A DNA stretch of 64,000 nucleotides from positions 186,001-250,000 of the forward strand of contig AP039692.1 in NCBI GenBank assembly GCA_051599415.1, given 5' to 3'. The position numbers and the translations under genes are program-made. Numbering within the stretch: position 1 is the first letter of the stretch; each line of letters opens with the position of its first letter. Below, piece by piece: positions 1 through 10,513 of this stretch. Source of the DNA: Savitreella phatthalungensis (taxonomy: Eukaryota). The notes below the pieces were generated by a model that worked only from the letters and a program-made list of their open reading frames with translations, was not told the DNA's origin and did no database searches.

Positions 1-401
1 GCTACATACGAACTGTCCAATAATGCACATACAGAGCTTCAGCTAGGGCGTATCGCACTAGACCCGTGCACGATGGTTCACAGACCACTGGAATCACAAA
101 GACTGAGCCTGAATCATTGCCAGAATTCGCCGCTCCGACGACATCATCAGTCGATACGAGGACAAATCTCATCCGCTGCTTCTGAGCCAGGCTCCAGAGC
201 AGACCAGTGAAGTGCCACTTTTGTAAACGCCTCAGCTGCTCCAATCTAATAGCGACCTGTATCTCTGGTCGTGCCTTACGAGCATCAACGATCAAGTGCA
301 AGTAATAATCATCGTCTCAAGACGTCGATCTCCATCACAGCTCACTCCACAGTCAAGTTAGCTACCTACCTTGCAACTCGTCGCAGCGTTGCTGAAGAAT
401 C

Positions 402-1598
402 ATGGGCTTGATTGACAAGCTGAAGGGCCACAAGAAGGAGGAGAGCTTTGACGATGTGGCAGCGAGACAGCAGCAGCAGAGCACCGGAAAGAGCAGCAAG
501 CGAAGGTCTTTGAGCCTCGGGCGCAAGTCTAGCAAGAAGCTCGGTGCAAAGGACGTCGACGCTGTCCCGCCTGTGCCAACTGAAGGTACGACTGCAACGT
601 ATCCTGTTGATGGTACGCACGGAGTTGAGTCTGCTCGGGAGAACGCTGCCGCGAACTCCGTAGCTCACAGCAACGGAAACACGAATCCGTCTGAGATTCC
701 GGCGGCTTCTTCATCTGCCACGCCGGGCGCGGGTATCACGAATGCTGCATCCGCGGCAAAGGCGCAGGGTTCGGCAAACGAGAAGTCTGTCGACGGCATC
801 ACGTCTGGAGTGCACTCACTCCATATCCCTGCCAGCGACCCACGCTTCGACCGATCCAAGCTGAGCGATACGCCTTTCGATGAGGCAGCATTCTTTGGCG
901 ACTCACAGACCACGACAGACTTCCAGCAATCGCAGCTTAAGGCTGTGATTCAGCAACGTATCCAGCCGACCGTGCACGAGATTGTACATCCAATCTTCCA
1001 CCACGAGCACCACGTCACACACCACCAAACACGCATTCAGCCGGTGCTTGAGCAGGTGATCTTGCCCGCAAAGCACTTTGTCATCATCGAAGGCAAAAAG
1101 TATGAAATCCTTCCGGAAGCTGTCGTCAACCACGTTGTTGTGCAGCGTGAGTACATTCCGATGAACGTCAAACCGCAAGTCATTGTACACAATTACGTGA
1201 ACGGGGAACCGCATGTGGGACCGATCACCGGCGTTGGCGCTAGTCCACTCAACCAAGACGTTGCAACTGAGCACCAGCGCTTCATCAACGCTTCGTACGA
1301 GCCTAATGCGGCAGCCAAGCACCAGAAAGATGTGCCCGCAGCTGTACTGGACTCTCGGCCTGCTGGACAAATCGTTGACACGGGCTTTGACGCGAGCAAG
1401 ATTGATCGTGCTGCTGCGAACCTGTTCAACAACCCGATCTACAAGGGTCCGATTGAGAATCTCAGCAACCACGCCAATATGACGACCACAGGTTCAGCAT
1501 ACAGTGCTGCCGGTATTCACCAGGTGCCAAACACGTCGAAACCTCTGCCAGGCGTCAATCTCCCAGGCGGCAACTCTGCAGCGGTCACATCTAAGTAA
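402..1598 (+). CDS. Hydrophilic protein with a His/Val-rich segment resembling the fungal 'allergen'-type uncharacterised family
   Basis: 398-aa ATG ORF. Central segment QQRIQPTVHEIVHPIFHHEHHVTHHQTRIQPVLEQVILPAKH resembles that family from memory; flanks are low complexity. Confidence 0.7.
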   Translation: MGLIDKLKGHKKEESFDDVAARQQQQSTGKSSKRRSLSLGRKSSKKLGAKDVDAVPPVPTEGTTATYPVDGTHGVESARENAAANSVAHSNGNTNPSEIPAASSSATPGAGITNAASAAKAQGSANEKSVDGITSGVHSLHIPASDPRFDRSKLSDTPFDEAAFFGDSQTTTDFQQSQLKAVIQQRIQPTVHEIVHPIFHHEHHVTHHQTRIQPVLEQVILPAKHFVIIEGKKYEILPEAVVNHVVVQREYIPMNVKPQVIVHNYVNGEPHVGPITGVGASPLNQDVATEHQRFINASYEPNAAAKHQKDVPAAVLDSRPAGQIVDTGFDASKIDRAAANLFNNPIYKGPIENLSNHANMTTTGSAYSAAGIHQVPNTSKPLPGVNLPGGNSAAVTSK

Positions 1599-2130
1599 CT
1601 GGCAAGGCGACAGTCCTCTGAATCCCCCATGATTCCACACAATCAAGCAGTATGCTAACGTAAGGGATACTCGATCATAGTAAGCAGTAATGACTATCGA
1701 CATGAATGGGTCTTGTGTTAATTCTACGTATGAGTGTCGTCATAGTCAACCATATGCACTTTTAACAACATTTTGTGTGCATTCGGCCAACGGAAAAAGT
1801 CTGGCCGTCTCAGGCCTCTGTTACATGCATTTGGAGTTACGCGAATCAGACTTTTATACTGTGAAGTCACGAGGTCAACTTCATCGTCAGCTTCTGTGTG
1901 AAGATATCCTATTGTCCTCAGGCGAGAAGGTCTCAGTCCTCAAAGTCACAAGAGCAGTACAAGCCATCGTCATCATCTTCCTGACTGTGAAAAGATCAGC
2001 TAGATCAAGCTCTTCTTCGCTCAATCTCTCAGTCCTTTTACTTGAGGCATACGAACGTGGACATTGGCAACGCCTTGTGACGTAAAGTACCAGTCCGAGG
2101 GTCGACTTCTCTATCACAACAGCATCAACC

Positions 2131-4980
2131 ATGGCAAAGACGGTCCAGGTCACATTTCCTGCACCAGAAGATGGACAGAGTGTGCGAATTGCCGGTGCAT
2201 GGAGCAATTGGGCTCCTGTTGACGGACACTTCGACAAAGCCTCTTCCCAATACGTTTTCGATGTTCCTGCTGAGGAGCATGGTAGGGGAACACCATACAA
2301 ATTTGTAAAGTCATCTGGAGAATGGACACTCAGAGATGGTCTACCTACCACGCCAGATGAACAAGGTGTCCTCAATCACAAGGCTGTCCTGCACAGAGCC
2401 TCAAATAATGCTCTCGACGAAGCCATGACATCTGCTGAGCTTGCAAAGCCGGCACGCTCAGATCGAGACCATCTACCTCCACCGTCTGCAGTTCACGCAC
2501 CAGTCGCTATCGGTACGGAAGTTATCAATGCAAGAGCAAAGGGAAACAACTACTCAGATAACGAGAACCGCGCTCGCCATTCCGGCACGGGCGCCGGCAT
2601 TGTCGATGCGGCTGACCCGAACATTGTTGTTGGCGAGGAACGCGACTCGCGTGCCAGGACACGCCCTCAATCTGCCGCAGGCATGGCTGGACACAGGCGG
2701 GAAGCCTCCGTCGACAGTCATCTCAATCCTTCCGCATCATCCTTTGTCCCAGGACAGCACGGTCCTGCCCCATCGCGCGCAAATCAAGGCAGCGGGATCC
2801 CGAGGCCAAAATCGGCCGGCTTCCACCAGCAACCTCAGCCGAGGTCTAATGTCCAGGGACACGCCAGACATAAATCACGCTCCCGTTCCCGTTCTACCAT
2901 GCAGGGTCATCGTAAACAGGCTTCATTTTCGTCATCACACTCTCCTGTGCTGCAACAGGGCCAGGCTCTTGGTGCGGCGCATCACGACGACCTCAACCCT
3001 TCAGCAAAGGAATTCAAGCCACAATTCGACCAACCCACGCGTCCTGTCCAGCACGTTTCGGGGTATGCAGCGGCGCTCAAGAAGGCATCAAGCAACGAGT
3101 TCAAAGCTCCATTGCCCAAGACTAAGAGTAACGAGTCTGCCTCACCAACAACTGAGATCCATGAGCCAGTGGCCTCGCCCGCCTCAAGCCAGTCCAATGC
3201 CAATAGTGCTGCACCCGTAGAGAGCTATGCTGAGATGGCCAAACACCAGCCCACGCAGCAGCACGCCCCAGCATCAACTCAGAAGAGTACATCTCCGCAA
3301 CCCACGAAATCGAACCAGCAATCTAGAGATGCTCTCGGCGAAGGTGTGCATGTGATCGCTGACAAGTCCAGGCAGGCTGCCAGCACAGTTTCGCAGAAGG
3401 CAGCGGATGCTGCAAGCGTCACCTCCGATGCAGCTGCGGCCGCTGAAGAAAAGCTAGCTTCCGGTGCAGCAGCTGCGAAGGACGTTGCTCACGATGCCAC
3501 TGTCAAGACAGAAAACGCTGCCAGTCGCGGCGCTCGAATGGCTCAGGACACAGCCGCAGATGTCGCATCCGCAGCGCGCGAATCCGCAACTCAGGTAAAG
3601 CAGACTGCTGGCGAGATCACCGAGACCGTGTCAGAGAGAGCTGCTGCCGCCAGTCAAGTCATACAGGAGAAGGCAGTGGAAGCAAGTGACGCTGCTGCTG
3701 AGGGCATTGCATCTGCTAGAGAGTCTGCACGTGAGACGGCCGCGAGCGCAGGTAAATCTGTTGCCAACGCGGCGTCCTCTGCCAAGGAACAAGCGTCCGA
3801 GGCCGCAGAATCAGCCAAGCAGACTGCCGCTAACATCTCATCTGCTGCTGCTGACAAGGCAGCCGATGTGACTGCTAGAGCACAGGAGCAAGCTCGTGAC
3901 GTCCGTGATGTTGCTGCCCGGGCTACGGCTGAAGCAAAAGCGCGTGCGGCCGAGACTGTTCAGGCGGCAGAGTCGACTGCAGAAGATGCAGCTGCAGCTG
4001 CCAAACAGAAGGCCAGCGAAGTCCGTGATGCTGCTCTCGAGACCGCCGCAGATGTCAAAGACCGTGCAGCTGAAACTCTTCAGTCTGCCCGTGACACTGC
4101 CAGCGCAGCTGCCGACAAAGCAGCCGAGATCGCTTCGGCAGCTAAGAAGCAGACTGTCGATGTGGCTCATGCCGTTGCGGACGAAGCCGCAGATGTAGCA
4201 GCCGCAGCTAAGCAAGAAGTGGCTGCTGCTTCTCAGATCGCTCAGGAGAAAGCCAGTGAAGCTGCACAGGCCACGAGCGAAGTCCTGGACGCTGGAAAGG
4301 AGAAAGCTGCTGAGCTATCTGCCGCTGTTCAGAACAAAGCTTCTGATGTGGTTGAAGCCATCTCGCAGAACGCTTCATCAGCAGCCGATTCAGTGCGCGA
4401 GGTTGCTGCGGAATCACGCGACAACGCTGCGCACGCAGCCGCTCAGCTTTCCGACGGCGTTCGTCACGTCGCCTTCAAAGTGCACGAGCAATCACACACG
4501 CTCGCTGACGATGTCGCGACCGCGCTCAATGACGCTAGCGCCGCCATCTCCACGAGAGCATCCAACGCCGCCGATGCAGTGCAATCGACGATCGCCAACG
4601 CAGCCGCCACCGTCGAGTCGAGCATCTCGTCTGCGCGCGCTCGTGTCCAGGCAGGCGTCGATGCGCTCGAGGACGAATCGCTCAAGCAGCGCGCTCGCAT
4701 TGATGGCGACACCCGGAAATCCATCTCCGTCAGCACAGGCGCTAGCAAACCTACCGTCATCGTCGAAGACGCAGAGCCAGCTGCCGAACCACACGGCGAA
4801 GCAGAAGCTTCCGCCACTGTCACCAAACGTCCTACCACCTCGCAATCCCGGCTGACGGTGAACGAGAGGCGGTCGACAATCTTTGCCACTGTCTTCTACG
4901 CTGTCTTTGGCAGATTCTTGCCGCGTGGTGGACTTCGTGGAATTCTCGATCGCTTGGCATTCTGGCGTCCCCAATCATAA
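2131..4980 (+). CDS. CBM48/AMPK-beta-like glycogen-binding domain + two PAM2 motifs + LEA-like Ala-rich helical repeats (Crp1/Mdg1-like N-terminus)
   Basis: 949-aa ORF with ACCATGG start. N-terminus VTFP...VRIAGAWSNW...YKFV...GEW...DEQGVLNH is CBM48-like. SHLNPSASSFVPG and DDLNPSAKEFKP follow, then about 400 aa of A/E/K/D/T repeats. Confidence 0.85.
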   Translation: MAKTVQVTFPAPEDGQSVRIAGAWSNWAPVDGHFDKASSQYVFDVPAEEHGRGTPYKFVKSSGEWTLRDGLPTTPDEQGVLNHKAVLHRASNNALDEAMTSAELAKPARSDRDHLPPPSAVHAPVAIGTEVINARAKGNNYSDNENRARHSGTGAGIVDAADPNIVVGEERDSRARTRPQSAAGMAGHRREASVDSHLNPSASSFVPGQHGPAPSRANQGSGIPRPKSAGFHQQPQPRSNVQGHARHKSRSRSRSTMQGHRKQASFSSSHSPVLQQGQALGAAHHDDLNPSAKEFKPQFDQPTRPVQHVSGYAAALKKASSNEFKAPLPKTKSNESASPTTEIHEPVASPASSQSNANSAAPVESYAEMAKHQPTQQHAPASTQKSTSPQPTKSNQQSRDALGEGVHVIADKSRQAASTVSQKAADAASVTSDAAAAAEEKLASGAAAAKDVAHDATVKTENAASRGARMAQDTAADVASAARESATQVKQTAGEITETVSERAAAASQVIQEKAVEASDAAAEGIASARESARETAASAGKSVANAASSAKEQASEAAESAKQTAANISSAAADKAADVTARAQEQARDVRDVAARATAEAKARAAETVQAAESTAEDAAAAAKQKASEVRDAALETAADVKDRAAETLQSARDTASAAADKAAEIASAAKKQTVDVAHAVADEAADVAAAAKQEVAAASQIAQEKASEAAQATSEVLDAGKEKAAELSAAVQNKASDVVEAISQNASSAADSVREVAAESRDNAAHAAAQLSDGVRHVAFKVHEQSHTLADDVATALNDASAAISTRASNAADAVQSTIANAAATVESSISSARARVQAGVDALEDESLKQRARIDGDTRKSISVSTGASKPTVIVEDAEPAAEPHGEAEASATVTKRPTTSQSRLTVNERRSTIFATVFYAVFGRFLPRGGLRGILDRLAFWRPQS

Positions 4981-5097
4981 GTTAATCCTACTCTCTTCTC
5001 TCTCTTCTTCCTTCTCATCAAGCATCGCAACGTTACCCATCAAAAAGCATGATCATCATTACCCTACTTACTACCAAAACCACATTCGTTGTACCTC

Positions 5098-6114
5098 TCA
5101 GAAAAACGCAGCAGTCACTGCTCCGTGCACATCGCTGATAACTACCCCGCGATCGTCAGTCGACGCTCCAGCGGCCACATACAATGGAATGAAGTGCTCG
5201 TCAGAGTCGTGAGCCTTTCGATATCCCGGATGACCCAAGACTTTGTTGACGAAAACATCGTGATTGTGTGGTGTGGTGAGTGCAAGTTTGACGAGACTCT
5301 CGAACTCGACTACTGACTGAGATGCCTGGGAAGGTGACCACTCGGTCCAGTTGCGGAAAGTGTGGATCGATAACCCGCCACTGAGGATCAAGACACCTTC
5401 GTCCCTGAGTGATGTCAATGCGCGACCGATCGCCAGATTCTCTTCAGCCGTACGTCCTTGTGAGACCTCGACGATTGCCGGCATTCTGACGGCTTCGTCT
5501 GCTGTGGTAGAGGGATCTGAAGCGGTCGGTAGACCGGTCGAGGGGTTGTAGTATCCCGTGAGATCATCACCCCCAAACATGATCCGCAATGGGACGAAAC
5601 AGCCGTGATCGAGAGCGCGTTGGTCAGTGACGGCGGTGGCGCTGATGCCTGCGGTGTTCAGCAGCGTGAGCACGCGATCTGAGATGGTCGAGTCAGGCAG
5701 CGTTGCACACTTGACCTTGTAGGCGGCGTCGGGGAAGCCGTAGTAGTCGTACAGGAGGTTGTCGCGCTGGTAGTTGGCTGAGTTGCGTGCAATCTCTACC
5801 TGGAGCGGCCCTCTCTGCGACGCGTTCTCCCAGTGAGCAGAGAAGAGGACGATGGCTTTCGGGCGGTAGGTCCGGAGGAGATAGGGTCCGAAACGTTGTA
5901 GGAATTTGAATGCTGGCCCGCCGTGACCGCCGGTGAAATCCTTCGATGCAGCCATGGGCGATCGAGCGACCCATGCAGCCACCTCGCTCATCAGCGCTGG
6001 TGACCCATGAGCGAAAGAAAATGTCGGCAAACGCGATCCCGGCAAGTGCTTCGGCAGAAGAGTCTCTAGAGATATACCGTCAAGGCTTCCGGCTGGTGAA
6101 GCGTCGACTGTCAT
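5098..6114 (-). CDS. Extradiol ring-cleavage dioxygenase, LigB / 4,5-DOPA dioxygenase-like
   Basis: Motifs FAHGSP, SAHWE, YDYYGFP, DHGCFVPL, GGLSIH and EHFIPLYVAAGA. Confidence 0.9.
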   Translation of the reverse strand: MTVDASPAGSLDGISLETLLPKHLPGSRLPTFSFAHGSPALMSEVAAWVARSPMAASKDFTGGHGGPAFKFLQRFGPYLLRTYRPKAIVLFSAHWENASQRGPLQVEIARNSANYQRDNLLYDYYGFPDAAYKVKCATLPDSTISDRVLTLLNTAGISATAVTDQRALDHGCFVPLRIMFGGDDLTGYYNPSTGLPTASDPSTTADEAVRMPAIVEVSQGRTAEENLAIGRALTSLRDEGVLILSGGLSIHTFRNWTEWSPSQASQSVVEFESLVKLALTTPHNHDVFVNKVLGHPGYRKAHDSDEHFIPLYVAAGASTDDRGVVISDVHGAVTAAFF

Positions 6115-6513
6115 TGCCAGAGAGATTGATTCCGAGAATTGTGTTGAGCAATGACGGTAGTGCTCGGATCGTCTAGCTCTTTATGTCTTATGGTATGTGT
6201 GCTGTAAGTGTTGACATGAGCTGAAGTGCTGTGCTAAGGCTATTTGTCATTCTTTCCTGTTTGGGACATAAAGCATAGACCAGCCAGCTTGGGAGAATTT
6301 TAGTAAGCGTCGAACAGCAAGGGCGCCGGGGTGCATGGATTGTTCCGATCTCCACAGAAACCAAATTCCGCCCCAGAATGCTAGATAGAACACCTCCTCC
6401 TGCCTCTCGACGCCGAGTCTTGACAGACTGCATGGACAAAGTCTCGAAATCCGTTCAGTACGTTTATGAGTTGTGTCATGGTCGATTCCTCTCGTCTCAG
6501 AGTATAGGCATTC

Positions 6514-7875
6514 CTAGAGCTTGCTCTGTTTGACGGCCTTGATGGCCCTCTCGACTTCTCTCGTCAGGGTTTTGCGTGTGAGTTCGACGACGGGTGACGG
6601 TGATCGTACACCTGACGTGTTACTGACTCGTGAGTCTGACCTGGGCCTTTGCTGGTGTGGATCAGATGATCTGAAGCTGATTTCTGACTGAGAGTCGACC
6701 TCCGAAATGCCATCTGCTGTGGTGGCGGCGTCATCGTCAGATTCATCGACGACAGTCCAGTGACTGCCTGCAACATATGTATAGCCTTCCGGTGGCAAGA
6801 CAGCCTCCAGATTTGGGGTAACGTAATCGTCCTCTACGCCAGCATGACCGACCGTCGCAAAGCCGGAGTAGAATACGGAGGATGACAGCCGACGACCTCC
6901 ACGGCGCCACGAGCGTCGTGGCTTCACGGGACGGTATTCGTACACAAGAACGCGCTTGCGATCGATTGCGTTGAGAGGCTGAGTATCTGGATCGATGTAC
7001 TGGCGATCGACGTGATGTGCCACTTGCTTCTTGACTTTCTCTCGCGTCTGCCTGCCGGCACGCTGGAGCTGGCGAACGAGCGGCTTAAAGTGTGGGTGGC
7101 CTGAAAATATGGCGACCCAGCCAGCCGCGAGGACGAGCAGGCGGATCTGGACGTAATTTGCGGCTAGAAGGTTAAGTAGACACATCGACACGCAGACGAC
7201 CAAGGTAACAGACGACTTCTTCTCGTCTGCAAAGTTGGCATAATCGTTCAACGCTTTCGCAGCTTCGTCATAACCTGACACGTAGTCCGCCATCATGTTC
7301 TGTATGTCGCGCATGTTTAGGAGGAAGTCGCGACCTTCGGCTGTGCCTCCGAACTTCTTCGCCTTGCCAAGTGCGCCTGCCCTGCTCCATGTATCATCCA
7401 GCTCCGGTGGCAGAGGAATATTGCTCGGTGGCGGCGGATGCAGCTGCAGAAAGCTCGGAACAAGGAAGTACGCAACTGCGAAGACATACGGCAGAACCAG
7501 CAGCAGTACCGGCTGTAAACAGACCAGCGTCCAGATCATGCCATATCCGACGGTCTCTCTTGTATTCTGCCAACTGTAAATCCGGGTGAGATGATTCTGG
7601 ATAGTGAAAACAACGCCAATGCGCGAGCTGAACTTGCGGAAATTACTCGCCAACTGTGCTAGGTTGAGTGGTGTAGCATGTTCTTCTCGTGGCGACTTTC
7701 TGTCTTTCGCAGATGTCTCTGCAGGCACAAGCGATGAGAGCAAGGATGCAATCAAGGTCTCTTGGATCGATGCTGCATTCTTCTTGCTCGGCGACTCCGG
7801 CCCACGCATGCCCGTACTTTGAGCGTGATCCTCATTCCCAGCCGCATCTCTGGAAGCGCGCACGTCATTTGACAT
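6514..7875 (-). CDS. Pex24/Pex28-32 family integral membrane peroxin
   Basis: LASNFRKFSSRIGVVF...SW, hydrophobic hairpins, NMRDIQNMM, NFADEKKS and a degenerate DysF-like PPEGYTY...W. The track ORF opens at TTG 7908; the first ATG is 7875. Confidence 0.85.
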   Translation of the reverse strand: MSNDVRASRDAAGNEDHAQSTGMRGPESPSKKNAASIQETLIASLLSSLVPAETSAKDRKSPREEHATPLNLAQLASNFRKFSSRIGVVFTIQNHLTRIYSWQNTRETVGYGMIWTLVCLQPVLLLVLPYVFAVAYFLVPSFLQLHPPPPSNIPLPPELDDTWSRAGALGKAKKFGGTAEGRDFLLNMRDIQNMMADYVSGYDEAAKALNDYANFADEKKSSVTLVVCVSMCLLNLLAANYVQIRLLVLAAGWVAIFSGHPHFKPLVRQLQRAGRQTREKVKKQVAHHVDRQYIDPDTQPLNAIDRKRVLVYEYRPVKPRRSWRRGGRRLSSSVFYSGFATVGHAGVEDDYVTPNLEAVLPPEGYTYVAGSHWTVVDESDDDAATTADGISEVDSQSEISFRSSDPHQQRPRSDSRVSNTSGVRSPSPVVELTRKTLTREVERAIKAVKQSKL

Positions 7876-8181
7876 GACGCACTCCGTCGCTTCTAGAGCG
7901 AATGCCAAGCTGCTATGCTCGTTTGGTCGTTGAGGAGTATTGAACTGAGTAGTATTGAGCTGTCGAACGTGATGTCTCCGTCACATGCTTTTTGACCTAT
8001 GCACTTGGGTTTCCCCGCAGACTCGCTCAGGTGACGTAGAAAGAAAAAGTGTTCCAACATTGGAAATGCAATTAATTTGACTTCGAAAATGGAACTGATG
8101 GGATGCACAACCACCATCAGGCTTAGCATGAAGATGGAGGTTGGCAACTAGTCGAGTCAAAGCTATTAACATATCCACCAG

Positions 8182-9225
8182 CTACTGACATCTTCGGATA
8201 AAGTTTATGATGAGCTCGTTGAACTCTTGTGGCTTCTCGTAGAACATCCAGTGTCCTGCATCGATCTCGCGGAACTCTGCCAGATCCTGACCGCTTTTAG
8301 AGTGTATACCGTTGTTGATGCGGTTTGCGGTTTCGCGCATGCCTTCAATCGAGAAGGGTCCTGACTTTGTGCCTGCGAGTACAAGTGCCGGGACGTCTAC
8401 TGCTTCAGCGATCGCGTCACGGTGGTCGTACCTGGTGTGATCTGCCATCAGCCTTGCGAGCCACTTGCCATCACACGCGCGAGCGATGTCGAGGAAGAAC
8501 GCCTCATCCTGCTCTCGTTCTTCCTCAGACACTGTCGCTGAAGCCAAAGGCGCATACCGATACCCGAGGCAGTCCGCTACCAGTCCCCGGTACCCGTCAT
8601 CTGGCGTCTCGCGAAATACTTTCTGTGCTGCGTGGAGGGTCGCCTCGTCGTACAGGCCGCGATGTGCAAGCTGTGGCGTCCAGCCTGTGTAGGGCTCTCT
8701 ATCCTGCAAAGGCGCCTGGTCAACAATTACGAGACCTGCAAAATGGGCGCTTGCTGGGGAGAATAGCTCGATGTGTGTCCAGAGGACCGCAGCCCCGATA
8801 GAACATCCCACACCAATGACCCTCAACCTGCGGCCGCGGTCGAGGTGGGCTAGGAGGAAATGCAGATCTGCTGCTAGTCTTGCGACGTGATAACCACCTG
8901 TGGTCTTTGATGAACGTCCGTGACCGCGCATATCCCACGCGACCACATGCAGGGTTGTCGAATTGTCTGACAGCAGGCCGGGGTAGTTCCGTGTAAAGTA
9001 CGCCGAGGAGCCAGCAAACCCATGCAGTAGCAGGACAAGCGCATCTCCGGAACACGCATTCTTCAGTGAGGAAGACGCTTGATAAGCAATCTCGCAGCCA
9101 TCATCTGTCGTACGGGTGCTGTACTCCATCGGTGCTTGAAACTCCGGTGACAGCTGCTGAGGCGCTCTACTTTTGTGGAGCCGTCCTGACAGCTCTTGAA
9201 CTGCAGCCTTCGAGGCCAAAATCAT
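8182..9225 (-). CDS. Alpha/beta hydrolase (non-heme chloroperoxidase/YdjP-like)
   Basis: LLHGF, DMRGHGRS, nucleophile elbow GCSIG, VDQAP and catalytic His in GHWMFYEKP. Alternative start ATG at 9129. Confidence 0.9.
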   Translation of the reverse strand: MILASKAAVQELSGRLHKSRAPQQLSPEFQAPMEYSTRTTDDGCEIAYQASSSLKNACSGDALVLLLHGFAGSSAYFTRNYPGLLSDNSTTLHVVAWDMRGHGRSSKTTGGYHVARLAADLHFLLAHLDRGRRLRVIGVGCSIGAAVLWTHIELFSPASAHFAGLVIVDQAPLQDREPYTGWTPQLAHRGLYDEATLHAAQKVFRETPDDGYRGLVADCLGYRYAPLASATVSEEEREQDEAFFLDIARACDGKWLARLMADHTRYDHRDAIAEAVDVPALVLAGTKSGPFSIEGMRETANRINNGIHSKSGQDLAEFREIDAGHWMFYEKPQEFNELIINFIRRCQ

Positions 9226-9332
9226 GCAGCAAGCGGGCTGGTTCAGGCTTTTATCATGCGGAAAGTGTTCATTAAGTGCTGACTATGTATGTTACATCCG
9301 ATAGGTCGTATGTCGTGTGATGCGCAAATGGA

Positions 9333-10334
9333 TCAGAAGCTTTTTGCTGTTCTCAGGTCACGGATATCGACAGTGCCAGGCCACCATCGGGCATTTGCTT
9401 TCGGAGCGAATTGCTTTGTCTCGCGCCACTTGAAAGGTTGGTGACCAAAGTTGCAAGCGGTCGTCGTCGCGCCTTGCATGCCGAGACAGATGTGAATATC
9501 GTTGTCGACAACTGCCCCACCGGACAGCTTTGCAGAATAGAGTGCAATAGAACGCGAGCGCTCGACGCCATTAAATGTGAAGAACACCCGACCATCGTGG
9601 GAAATACCGCATCCGATCGTGTCGCCGGCTTGTGGTCGCCGGCTGAAAAGTGGCGTCGTTGCGCCAAAGTCGTTGCTGTTGACGATGAGCGTGCCCGTGT
9701 GCGAGTGTAGCCCGATAGAGCCACGTGCAAGCCCCGGTGCCCGGAAGGTAGGATGAGGACGGACTGCGAGGCCGATAGCGAGCTTTGAGGTGTCGTCCAT
9801 GGCGTGGATGTATACTTCAAAATATGCAGCTTGTCCACTCCTCAGTCGCACAGGCTGGTAGATGCTCGGGGAAGTGACGGGAAGGAGAAGTAGAATGCTT
9901 GCCCAGGACTGTTTTGCTGGCGTCTTCAGCATGAAACCGGGGTTGCCCTTGAGATCGCGTCCACTGATACGACCCTTCCACCACCTGCCAATTTCCCAGT
10001 GAGTGTAGAGGCCGCGGCCGTCTGCTTGATACACGTAGCGAAGATACGCGCTGAGCAGGAATTCGGGTGTATATCCTTCAATAGGGTGTGCTCTGTGCCA
10101 GTGGCGGAGCTCCTCCTCTTCAGACCACTCGCGGCAGTCAGCAGAATTGAATGCAGGTAGCGCGTATTTGTGACCAGGAATAGGAGCCTCGCTAAAGCCG
10201 GAGTCGAAGCTGTTGCGAACAGGTTCCGGAACGCTGGCCTCGCTTTGTTCATAGCTTGGCAGGTCGTGTGGCTCGTACGTGGGTGGGAGCATGTCTTGTT
10301 GGTCGGTGGCTAGGACGAGCTTGACGATGTTCAT
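9333..10334 (-). CDS. SPRY-domain protein, Ssh4/Ear1-related, with PY motifs
   Basis: YFEVYI...LAIGLAVRPHPTFRAPG...SIGLHS...GDTIGCG...VFFTFNG...NFG..PF is a SPRY domain. N-terminal PPTY and LPSY motifs. Confidence 0.85.
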   Translation of the reverse strand: MNIVKLVLATDQQDMLPPTYEPHDLPSYEQSEASVPEPVRNSFDSGFSEAPIPGHKYALPAFNSADCREWSEEEELRHWHRAHPIEGYTPEFLLSAYLRYVYQADGRGLYTHWEIGRWWKGRISGRDLKGNPGFMLKTPAKQSWASILLLLPVTSPSIYQPVRLRSGQAAYFEVYIHAMDDTSKLAIGLAVRPHPTFRAPGLARGSIGLHSHTGTLIVNSNDFGATTPLFSRRPQAGDTIGCGISHDGRVFFTFNGVERSRSIALYSAKLSGGAVVDNDIHICLGMQGATTTACNFGHQPFKWRETKQFAPKANARWWPGTVDIRDLRTAKSF

Positions 10335-10513
10335 GTTCTTGATGTTCGTTGCAATGGTCTGATGTTCCAGTGAAGTGCGGATTGAAGGGCTTCTTATAGT
10401 CTTTCAGGAATCACGAAGGCGGCTTTGGACTGAACGCAAAAGATGGCTGGTAGCCGTCATCATCGTCATGCCTTGGCGGCGTCCCGTATCTCTTCGTCTC
10501 ACTTAATCTCATC

